A DNA stretch of 64,000 nucleotides from an uncultured bacterium (GTDB lineage: Bacteria > Verrucomicrobiota > Verrucomicrobiia > Limisphaerales > UBA8199): NCBI GenBank assembly GCA_963749495.1, contig CAVVMW010000021.1, positions 544,001 to 608,000 on the forward strand, read 5' to 3'. Made by a program: the position numbers and the translations under genes. Below are positions 55,432 through 64,000 of the stretch, in pieces. Numbering within the stretch: the stretch's first letter is position 1; each line of letters begins with the position of its first letter. Below the pieces are notes generated by a model. That model was not told the DNA's origin and did not search any database. It saw only the letters and a list, made by a program, of their open reading frames with translations.

Positions 55432-58239
55432 ATGAAAAGCTCACCCCTTAAGGCTCTACCGGCCTTGGCCCTCTGCGTGTTCGGGCTGAGTGCGGCGGCC
55501 TGCGACATTGAACCAGGGAAAGAATTCTACACCGTCATCTATGCCCCCAAACCCATCGTCATTGATGGTGACCTCTCGGAGTGGTCGGGGGTGCCGGTGC
55601 TTTCGGATCCGAAATTCGCGGTTCCCAAGTACTCGGGCACAAACGCCAACCCCAATTATGTTCTGTTCGAGCCGTATAACGGCGGAACTTGGAGCGGGCC
55701 GGACGATCTAACCTCGGCCGTTCAGATCGTCTATGACGCCGACAATGTGTACTTCGGTTTCACCGTGACGGACGATTACCATGAAAACATGTCCGGCAAC
55801 GCCTGGAACGGCGATTCTGTCCAATTGATGATCGCCGATGCAACACGGACCCAGCAAATTGCGCTCTACAATTACGCGTTGGGCGGCTACGAAGACAATA
55901 TCTTGCCGAACAAGAATGGGAACTTCATCGCCGATACGAGTTTGCCTGACCCGGTTATGATCAACCACGAGGCGGGTCCGGCCGCGGATCCAACCTGTAA
56001 CTGTGCAACGACAGCGGTCATTAAGCGCGACTCCGTAAACAAGAAGACCATTTACGAAATCCAACTGCCGAAGGCGGCTCTCGGTCTGACGACGTTGAAA
56101 GGCGGAGTGCAGTTCGGATTGGGCATGGCGATCAATGACGGCGACGGGGCGCTGGTCAATGGAGTGCAGTACCGGGGAAGCGGGCCAGGAGGGTCAATGT
56201 GGCTGGGGCGGCTTGGGTTGCCACGCGATCGTTTTCGGGAAAACGCCCTCGGAGTGTGCCCTGATCACCCTTGCCACGAACAACGACATTGAACCCTCGA
56301 AGCAGTATTACACGGCCTTGCGCACGACCAATACCATCGTCATTGACGGCGTCCTCTCGGAATGGACGGGAGCCCCGGTGCTTTCGGATCCCAAATTCGC
56401 GGTGCCCAAATATTCAGGCACAAACGATAACCCCACCTACGTCTTGTTCGAGCCGTATAACGGCGGGACTTGGTCCGGGCCGGACGATCAAACCTCGGCC
56501 GTTCAGATCGTCTATGACGACAACAATGTGTACTTCGGTTTCACCGTGACGGACGATTACCATGAAAACATGTCCGGCAACGCCTGGAACGGTGATTCCG
56601 TCCAGTTGATGATCGCCGATGCAACACGGACCCAGCAAATTGCGCTCTACAATTACGCCTTGGGCGGCTACGAAGACAATATCTTGCCGAACAAGAATGG
56701 GAACTTTGTCGCCGATACGAGTTTGCCTGACCCGATTATGATCAACCACGAGGCGGGTCCGGCCGCGGATCCAACCTGTAACTGCGCAACGACAGCGGTC
56801 ATCAAGCGCGACTCCGTCAACAAGAAGACCATTTACGAAATCCAACTGCCCGCCGCCGCTTGCGGCCTGACGCCCCCGCTGACAAACGGCACGCAGTTCG
56901 GACTGGGCATGGCGATCAACGACGGCGACGGGGCGCTGGTCAATGGAGTGCAGTACCGGGGAAGCGGGCCAGGAGGGTCAATGTGGCTGGGGCGGCTTGG
57001 GTTGCCACGCGATCGTGTTCGGCAAGACCCCGTCGGAGACCGCGCTTGTGACGCTGGGCGGTACGATTTCAGGGTCTGATCGCCTGTTTTTGTCCACCAT
57101 CAATCCGATCATGACCGGTTTTTCATTTCGGGTGACGGACAAGGGGGCCTCGATCCTGGATCCGACCAGCGTCAAGGTGACCATTGACGGTCAGCCTGTC
57201 ACAATGACCGCCAGCCCCAAGCACCTCGACTCGACCGATTTCACGTACATTGCCCCCACGCCGTTCCCTCCGAATTCCCAACACACCTACACCATCCTGG
57301 TAAAGGACACGGGCGGTGACGTCGTGACGGACTCTGACACCTTCAGGATCGCCTACTACGCCATCCTGACCAAAGCCATGCAGGCGGTGTCGGTGGACAA
57401 GACCAAGCCCGGGTTCATCTGGAACGTGTACCAGAACGACGACGCGCCGCCGGTGCCGAACGACCTCGCCGATGCGGAGGCGGCGCTGGCAGGTCAGTTG
57501 ACGGACCCGTTCAACGGGTCTCGTGCTGCCTAACTCGGCTGACCCGACACAGACCGGACCAACGACCTCCCAGGGCGTCCTGGTCGGTGGGCTTTACCAG
57601 TGGGTGATTCCGTCGGTGATCAACCTGAACCTGATGGGTGGCAACTCGAGCGGGCACTTCTCACCGGACGACCAGATGCCAGGCATCCCGGGCACCTCCG
57701 GCAACGGGACCGACGGCATCAACGCCGAAGTGAGGACGTTTGTCAGCTTGCCGGCGGGTTGGGTCTCGTTGGCCGTGGTCAGCGACGACAGCTTCCGCGT
57801 CCAAGCCGGCTATATCAACAAGCCTGCCGACGGCATACTCATTGCTCAAGTTGACGCCAATACGGCCAATGAGGTCGATAAGTTCTTGGTCCAAGATGCG
57901 GGGATTTACCCCATTCGAGTCCTCTATCAGAATGCCACGGGTAACGCATATATGGAGCTCTCTACGGTCTTGACTAACGGCAACTACGCGCTTCTGAACG
58001 ACACCACCAACGGTGGCTTCGCGTGCTATTACAGCGGGGTCGCCCCGAACAAACCGAGCACCTTCAGCCTCGCGATTCAGGTTGTTGGCGGCAAGATCCA
58101 GATCACTTGGACGCAGCCCGGGGTTGTTCTGCAGCAATCCACCGACCTCAAGACCTGGACGGACGTGACCAGCGCCACGTCGCCATACACTCCCGTGGTG
58201 ACTGGCACATCAGCGAAGTTCTATCGGCTCAAGCAATAG
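55432..58239 (+). CDS. Secreted protein: two CBM9/DOMON-like repeats, Ig-like domain, PA14-like domain and C-terminal ..FYRL domain (frameshifts near 56172, 56957, 57520)
   Basis: IVIDGDLSEW..VYFGFTVTDD..WNGDSVQL..YEIQLP..INDGD occurs twice; SDDSF..GIYPIRVLY; ends SAKFYRLKQ. Confidence 0.8.
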
Positions 58240-58264
58240 CGCCTGCTGAGTTGCCGACTGACAC

Positions 58265-58288
58265 GGGACCGGACGAAAGTCCGGTCCC
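58265..58288. terminator. Hairpin between convergent genes
   Basis: gggaccggac-gaaa-gtccggtccc; no U tract. Confidence 0.55.
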
Positions 58289-58351
58289 TGGAGCCCACTG
58301 CTCGCCCAGCAGGCTTGCCAAGTCCAGCGAGGGTGGCCGTCAATCCTCGCT

Positions 58352-61300
58352 CTACCGCGACTGGCCTCCGGGCGCCCGCGCCTGGAAGTCCACGGTCAAG
58401 GCGCGGGCGCCTTTGGGGACGGGGGTGAGGGTGGTCTTGCCGCCGGGCCAGCGGACCCAGACGGCGGAGGGCGGCTCGGGCGTGGCCATCACTTGGACGG
58501 CGCTGTCTTGGGACCAGTAGCCGCTGCCGGCATGAACTTCCCGCGCGGGCCCCCACCGCTGCCCAAAGCGCAGCCGCAGCACACCCCCCACCCCGGTCGG
58601 ATTGCCCGAGGGCCCCGCCAGCCGGACGCGGAGCCCGGGCCTGGCCCCGACGTTGTGGTAAAGCTTGGTTTGCGCGCCATTCTGGCTTACGGCGAGGTCC
58701 ACCCGTCCATCGCCATCGAAATCGCCGACGGCTGCGCCGCGCTGTTCGCCATAGACCGCGACGCCGCTCTCCGAGCCGGGAACGGCACGGAAGCCTCCAT
58801 GGCCGTTGCCCTGCAACCACAATCCGCGTCCGGCATCGCAGCGGGGAACTTTGGGCTGCGTCGCAAAGAAGTTCTGGCTCAAGAAGACGTCCTCGTTGCC
58901 ATCGCCGTCAAAATCGGCCACGCAGGCCGCGAAGGCGGGGGCAAACTGCGCCTCGCGGGGCAGCGGGACAGCGAGGAAATGGTTGGTGCGGTTCAGGAAG
59001 AGGGTCGAGCAGAGGGTGGTGACGGAGAGACGGCGGGCCTTGGCGAGGGCGGGGCCGGCGATGTCCTGGAGGGTGGCCCGCGCATAAGCCGCGTAGGTGG
59101 GGAAACGAGCGCGCAGGAAGGGAAGGGCTTCTGCCAAGGCGTCGAGATCACGCTCGGGCACCTCGAGGCGCGTGGCCGGGTCGCGGGTGGCTTCCAGCAA
59201 GTTCAGGGCGCCGCTGCCGTCGAAGTCGCCCGCGTAGAGCACGTATGGGAACTCAGGGCTGGCGTGTTGCACGGTGTTGAGCCCCCAGTTGGTGGCCAGG
59301 ATGTCCAGGTTGCCATCGCCGTCGAAATCGCCCACCGTCACGCCGTTCCACCAGCCCAGGAAGGCTGCCAGACCCAGGTCGGCGGTCACCTCGCGCAAGC
59401 GGCCGCCGTCGTTGTGAAACACCCGAACAGGCCCCCATTCGCAGGCTAGAATCAGTTCCGGCCAGCCGTCGCCGTCCAGATCGCTCCAGACTGCTCCGCT
59501 GACCATCCCGACATCTGCCAACCGTGCGGTGTTTTCGGCATCCGACTCCCAAACGCCTTGGCGCCGGCGCCACAGTTGCGATTGCGCAGGTTCCGGGTAA
59601 CGGCCCGGCACGCTTCGCCCGCCAACGAACAGGCCCAGTTGGCCGGTCCCTTCGTAGTCGGCCATAGCCAAGGGCCCCGCGCTGGAGCCGCCGGCGGGGA
59701 TGACATCCACCGCCGCCGCCTGGCCTGGCGCGAACTCCTGGACGGCCGCGCCCGCCGCCTGCCCGTCCTCGTAATTGGCCGTGCCGACGAGCAGACCGCG
59801 GGTTCCGTCAGAACGGTTCCAGCCCAGGACGGTGGTTTGGTCGCGCAGGGCCGCCTGGTTCCAGGGAGCACCGTCGAGAAGCTGGAAATGGCCCTGGCCG
59901 TCGTTGTGGAAAACGGCCAGTCGTCCTCCCTTGCCAGTGGCCACAGCCAAATCCTCCCATCCATCGCCATCCACATCGAACCAGGCCACCCCTGGCCCAA
60001 GCTGGCTCAAACGGCGCGGCAGCAGAGGTTGGCGCTCGAAATCGTCGAAGGGGTCCTCATGATGGGCATGCCGGAGCCGGTCGCTGACGTCCTCGAACAC
60101 CGGGGGCGGGGCCGGTGGGGCGCTGGGATTGACCTGGCTTTGCGCTGCGGGTTGCGGCCCGGTATCGGCCGGCTCGAAGATCTCATAGAGGCAGTTTGGC
60201 CGGGCGTCGGCGACGGTGCTGCGGCGGCCGCTGCGCCAAGCCACATCGATGCGCAGCCGGTTGGTGAGACTGAATGCCGCGAAGACGCGCTCGGCCTGGT
60301 CGCAGGACAAATATCTGCCGCCGCACATCATCTCCTGGCTTTGTGTGACCGGTCCGCCGCTGACGGTAATGCGGGCGCCTATGCCGGCGGTGTTGGGCGG
60401 GCGGCCTTTGAGCCGCACGGCCACGCGCGGGGCGGCCGATTCGTTGCGGTAAACCCCGAGCGCGCCGTTGAGGTTGTTGACGACGAGGTCCAGGTCCCCA
60501 TCATTGTCCAGGTCGGCCAAGGCCATGCCGTGAGCGACGCCGACCTGGTCAAAGCCCCAGGCCGCGCCGCACTCCGAGAACGTCAGGTCGCCGCGATTGC
60601 GGAAGGCCAGCTTCGCCTGCCTGAGCGGCGGCAGCATGAGCAGTTTCCCAGGAACCTTCGAGGGGGGATAGGGTCCGTTGGCCGCGATGCGCGCCTGGGC
60701 ATCGCCGTCCTGGGTGTCGAACATATGACCGGTGCTGGCCAGCACGTCCTCGAAGCCATCGAGGTCCACATCCAGGAAGAGGATCGACCAGTTCCATTCG
60801 CAGTTGTCCAGCCCGGCATACGCGGCAATTTCGGCGTATGTGCCGTCGCCTCGATTCCATTGCAGCGCCGTCCGGTCCAGTTGCGGGCGGTCTGAGAAGT
60901 CGCCGACCGTGATCGTGTAGGGCCCCATGGCGGCGATCTGCATGAGGCGGCGCCCACGGTCGCGGCTCAACATGTCCGAGACCAGGATGTCATCCCGGCC
61001 GTCGCGGTCAACGTCGGCAAAATCCACCGCCATCGAGAACGTCGGGGTGTGCCGGATGGCCAGTTGCGGGATGGCTCGAAAATGGCCGTGACCGTCATTG
61101 ATCCAAATGCGGTCTGGGGAATGGAAGTCATTGCAGACGTAGAGATCGGGAAGTCCGTCGCCGTTGAGGTCGCGAAAGGCGGCGGTCAAGCCCCAATCGA
61201 GCGGGGCCTCCCGGAGGGGGTGACCCGCTTCGTCCAGGAACGTGCCGTCGGTCCACGACAGCGGAGTGAAATGTCCGTGGCCGTCGTTGCGGTAGAGGAT

Positions 61301-62080
61301 GTCGGGCTCGCCATTTTCGAGCACCCGCCCTTGAGGGGTGAGTTCGAGGTGGCCCCGGTCTTGGGGCAGGATCATGCGGCGCCCGCCCATGGTGAGCAGG
61401 GAGAAGCCGGTGGTGCGCACCGTGGTGGTTCGATAGTTGGCGACATACAAATCGAGCGTGCCATTGCCGTCAATGTCCGCCAGCGTGGAGGTCATGGCCC
61501 CGTATTCATGGGCCAGGCCCGAGTCCCGGGCCTCGGTGAAATGTCCGTGCCCGTCATTCAAGAAGAGCCGCGTGCCGGTTCCGATGCCGTTAATCAGGAG
61601 GTCCAGAGTCCCGTTTCCGTCCACGTCGGCAAACGTGGCGCCGGTCGAGAAATTGCCGGGAAAATCCAGGCCGGCCGAGGCGGTAACATTGGTGAAGCGC
61701 CACCCGCCAAGGTTCTTGTAGAGGGCAACCTTCCCTTCATAGGAGCAGACGAAGATGTCGCACAAACCGTCCCCATCAACATCTCCCAGGGCCACGCCCG
61801 AGCCATTCATGCGGATTTGGTTTTGGGCGGCGTTCTGCTCACTCAAGGTGTTGGTGAAGTCAATGCCGGTTTGTCGAGGATCCATCAGGGTGAAGCCCGC
61901 ATGGCCCGTTGCCGGAACCTGCAGGGGGATACAGCGGTACTCGGTTGTTTGGCCGCTGACGCCGGCGGCCAGCAGGAGGATGACGAATGACGAATGACGA
62001 ATGACGAATGACGAAACTGCGCACACGGGTAAAATCCGGCATAGGCCCTTTGTCATTCGCCATTTGCTTCGGTTATTCAT
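58352..62080 (-). CDS. FG-GAP repeat/ASPIC-UnbV double-propeller protein
   Basis: Paralog of 50733-54393: NGSGVALGDVDGDG, ADLDNDGDLD, GSGYWSQDS; start is uncertain. Confidence 0.9.
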   Translation of the reverse strand: MNNRSKWRMTKGLCRILPVCAVSSFVIRHSSFVILLLAAGVSGQTTEYRCIPLQVPATGHAGFTLMDPRQTGIDFTNTLSEQNAAQNQIRMNGSGVALGDVDGDGLCDIFVCSYEGKVALYKNLGGWRFTNVTASAGLDFPGNFSTGATFADVDGNGTLDLLINGIGTGTRLFLNDGHGHFTEARDSGLAHEYGAMTSTLADIDGNGTLDLYVANYRTTTVRTTGFSLLTMGGRRMILPQDRGHLELTPQGRVLENGEPDILYRNDGHGHFTPLSWTDGTFLDEAGHPLREAPLDWGLTAAFRDLNGDGLPDLYVCNDFHSPDRIWINDGHGHFRAIPQLAIRHTPTFSMAVDFADVDRDGRDDILVSDMLSRDRGRRLMQIAAMGPYTITVGDFSDRPQLDRTALQWNRGDGTYAEIAAYAGLDNCEWNWSILFLDVDLDGFEDVLASTGHMFDTQDGDAQARIAANGPYPPSKVPGKLLMLPPLRQAKLAFRNRGDLTFSECGAAWGFDQVGVAHGMALADLDNDGDLDLVVNNLNGALGVYRNESAAPRVAVRLKGRPPNTAGIGARITVSGGPVTQSQEMMCGGRYLSCDQAERVFAAFSLTNRLRIDVAWRSGRRSTVADARPNCLYEIFEPADTGPQPAAQSQVNPSAPPAPPPVFEDVSDRLRHAHHEDPFDDFERQPLLPRRLSQLGPGVAWFDVDGDGWEDLAVATGKGGRLAVFHNDGQGHFQLLDGAPWNQAALRDQTTVLGWNRSDGTRGLLVGTANYEDGQAAGAAVQEFAPGQAAAVDVIPAGGSSAGPLAMADYEGTGQLGLFVGGRSVPGRYPEPAQSQLWRRRQGVWESDAENTARLADVGMVSGAVWSDLDGDGWPELILACEWGPVRVFHNDGGRLREVTADLGLAAFLGWWNGVTVGDFDGDGNLDILATNWGLNTVQHASPEFPYVLYAGDFDGSGALNLLEATRDPATRLEVPERDLDALAEALPFLRARFPTYAAYARATLQDIAGPALAKARRLSVTTLCSTLFLNRTNHFLAVPLPREAQFAPAFAACVADFDGDGNEDVFLSQNFFATQPKVPRCDAGRGLWLQGNGHGGFRAVPGSESGVAVYGEQRGAAVGDFDGDGRVDLAVSQNGAQTKLYHNVGARPGLRVRLAGPSGNPTGVGGVLRLRFGQRWGPAREVHAGSGYWSQDSAVQVMATPEPPSAVWVRWPGGKTTLTPVPKGARALTVDFQARAPGGQSR

Positions 62081-62176
62081 GATTTGATTCGGATGTGAGG
62101 TTCGAGGCCGTTGCCATTCGTCATTCCTCATTCAGCCCCTCGCCGCCCGTCCGAGTGAGAACTGGCCTTTCCAAGG

Positions 62177-64000
62177 TCACCGAATCAGGCGGACGTCCCC
62201 TTGGAAACCCACGACGACTTCCCTGGCCTTCGAGGGCAGGTCGGCCGTCACCGAGCGTCCGCCCGGCCAACGCACCCAAATCTGCGTGGGCTCGCTCGGC
62301 AGGCCCATCACTTGGACGACGCTATCCTGCGACCAGTAACCGGAGCCGCCGTGGATTTCCCGGGCCGGCCCGAACCGGGGGCCGAACTTGAGGCGCACCA
62401 CCGCCCCGATGCCCGCCGGGTTGCCATCAGGACCCCGCAACCGCACACGGAGGCCGGGTTTGGCCCGGACGTTGTGAAAGAGCCGGGTCTGGGCGCCATT
62501 CTGGCTTACCACCAGGTCAGTCCGCCCGTCCTCATCGAAATCACAGACCGCGGCGCCGGCTTGCTGGCCATAGACCTTCACGCCGCTTTCCTGCCCAGGC
62601 ACGGCTCGGAATCCGCCATGGCCGTCGCCTTGCAGCCACAAGTCCCGTCCGGCGGCATAGCGGGAGGTATCGCCTGCCACCGCGAAGAAATTCTGGCCCA
62701 GGAAAATGTCCTCATTGCCATCGCCATCGTAGTCCGCGACGCAAACCGCGAAACATGGGGCAAGTTGGGCCTCCAGGGGCAGCACACGGGCCTCGAAGTG
62801 ATCACCCCGGTTCAGGAAGACCGTGGTCTCCAGCCAGTCCGCTTCACAATAGCGGATGTCGGCGCTGCGCTCGGCTATGACGTCGTCGATGCCGGCCTCG
62901 GCCCAGGCCTGGTGGGTCGGGAACCGCTCGGCCAGGAAGGGCATGGCCTGGGTGACGCGCTCCAGCATCTGGCTCGGCACGTATCGGTTCATATCCGGCT
63001 CGAAATGACTCTCGATCAATTGGACGCCTCCGTCCTGGTTAAAATCGCCGTAATACACCCGCAAGGGCTTCTTCCGATAGCGTTCGTACTTGGTATTCCG
63101 CCCCCAATTGGCGGCTATGATGTCCAGGCGGCCGTCCCCATCCAGGTCGCCGGTGGTCAGCCCATTCCACCAGCCGGTGAACCGGTCCAAACCCAGTTCC
63201 CGGGTGACCTCGCGCAACTGCCCTCGCTCGTTGTGAAACACGCGCAGCGGCCCCCATTCGCAGGCCAGGATCAAATCCGGCCATCCGTCCCCGTCCAGGT
63301 CGCTCCACACGGCCCCGCTCACCAGCCCAACTTCCCGCAGCCGCGCCGTATTGGCCTCATCCAACACCAGTTTGCCCGCGCGTCCGTGGTAAAGGCGCGA
63401 GCTGGCCGGCGCCGGATACTGCCCGCCTTTGGCCCGCCCGCCGGCAAACAGGTCCAGTTCACCGTCTCCGTCATAATCAGCCACCGCCAGTGGCCCAACG
63501 CTCGAATCCCACGCGCCCACAACCTCGGTCGCCGGGTCCGAGCCGATTTGATAGGCGCTGACGGCTGCGCCGCTGGCTTGGCCATCCTCGTAATTCGCGC
63601 TGCCCACCAACACCGCGCCCTTTTGCCAACCCACAATCGAGGTTTGGTCCCGCGCCGCAACGCCCGTCCAGGGTGGCCCAACCAGCCGTTTGAACCCGCC
63701 CTTCCCGTCGTTCTGGTAGCAGGCCAACTGACCGCCCTTTCCGCTGCCAATGATTAAGTCTTCCCTGCCGTCCCCATCCACGTCCCACCAGCAAACCCCG
63801 GGCCCCAACTGGCTCAGTCGTTTGGGCAACGAGGGCTGGCGCTGGAAGTCATCGAAGGGCTCATCCTGGTGCGCATGGCCCAACCGCTGGCTCACATCCT
63901 CGAACACGGGGGGCGCGGCCTGTGGCGGCGCAGCGGCAGGAGGCTCGGTCGCGCCGGCTTCGGCGATTTCGTACAGGCAATTGGGCCGGGCCTCAGGAAC
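62177..64000 (-). CDS. FG-GAP repeat/ASPIC-UnbV protein, 5' part outside the window
   Basis: FEDVSQRLGHAH..DDFQRQP.LP.RLSQLGPG; GSGYWSQDS; WVRWPGG. Confidence 0.9.
   Translation of the reverse strand, partial: VPEARPNCLYEIAEAGATEPPAAAPPQAAPPVFEDVSQRLGHAHQDEPFDDFQRQPSLPKRLSQLGPGVCWWDVDGDGREDLIIGSGKGGQLACYQNDGKGGFKRLVGPPWTGVAARDQTSIVGWQKGAVLVGSANYEDGQASGAAVSAYQIGSDPATEVVGAWDSSVGPLAVADYDGDGELDLFAGGRAKGGQYPAPASSRLYHGRAGKLVLDEANTARLREVGLVSGAVWSDLDGDGWPDLILACEWGPLRVFHNERGQLREVTRELGLDRFTGWWNGLTTGDLDGDGRLDIIAANWGRNTKYERYRKKPLRVYYGDFNQDGGVQLIESHFEPDMNRYVPSQMLERVTQAMPFLAERFPTHQAWAEAGIDDVIAERSADIRYCEADWLETTVFLNRGDHFEARVLPLEAQLAPCFAVCVADYDGDGNEDIFLGQNFFAVAGDTSRYAAGRDLWLQGDGHGGFRAVPGQESGVKVYGQQAGAAVCDFDEDGRTDLVVSQNGAQTRLFHNVRAKPGLRVRLRGPDGNPAGIGAVVRLKFGPRFGPAREIHGGSGYWSQDSVVQVMGLPSEPTQIWVRWPGGRSVTADLPSKAREVVVGFQGDVRLIR

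Noticed and set aside
8267..58239. Mass pseudogenisation
   Set aside because: Single-base indels with intact motifs on both sides fit long-read error better than gene decay.
2260..63757. Many long antisense or alternate-frame ORFs (e.g. 2260-3501, 14282-16606, 30445-32187, 51282-52973, 62201-63757)
   Set aside because: They are shadows of high-GC genes with recognisable products on the other strand or frame.
39410..64000. Enediyne biosynthetic cluster suggested by UnbV domains
   Set aside because: No PKS, thioesterase or other cassette genes are present in the window.

Overview
GC-rich bacterial DNA, probably Verrucomicrobiota (Pedosphaera/Limisphaera-like). This is inferred from gene content, the ...F(F/Y)RL C-terminal domains and the repeat families. 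The assembly looks like unpolished long reads: at least 15 genes carry single-base frameshifts. Left to right: (1) carbohydrate-related genes. (2) A folE2-dksA-rpmG-rpsR cluster in which all four products are Zn-independent or Cys-poor forms. (3) A gluconolactonase. (4) An ECF sigma factor, a putative anti-sigma/vWA (YfbK-like) protein carrying secretin-like fragments, and a ~2200-aa internally duplicated membrane protein. (5) A MacAB-TolC-type exporter. (6) An accessory region with four toxin-antitoxin-like pairs, an SPFH-like/coiled-coil/DUF4384-like gene, an unknown gene and a membrane-anchored caspase, IS91 and RAYT remnants, and a 631-bp tandem duplication. (7) A ~25-kb cluster of FG-GAP/ASPIC-UnbV proteins, TPR proteins, an FGE-like lipoprotein and a CBM9/PA14-like secreted protein, with an IS66 remnant inside it. 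Intergenic DNA is dense with REP/REPIN-like palindromes, some nested and one inserted in frame in a gene. I saw no rRNA, tRNA or CRISPR array. All family assignments come from recognising motifs by eye, not from database searches.
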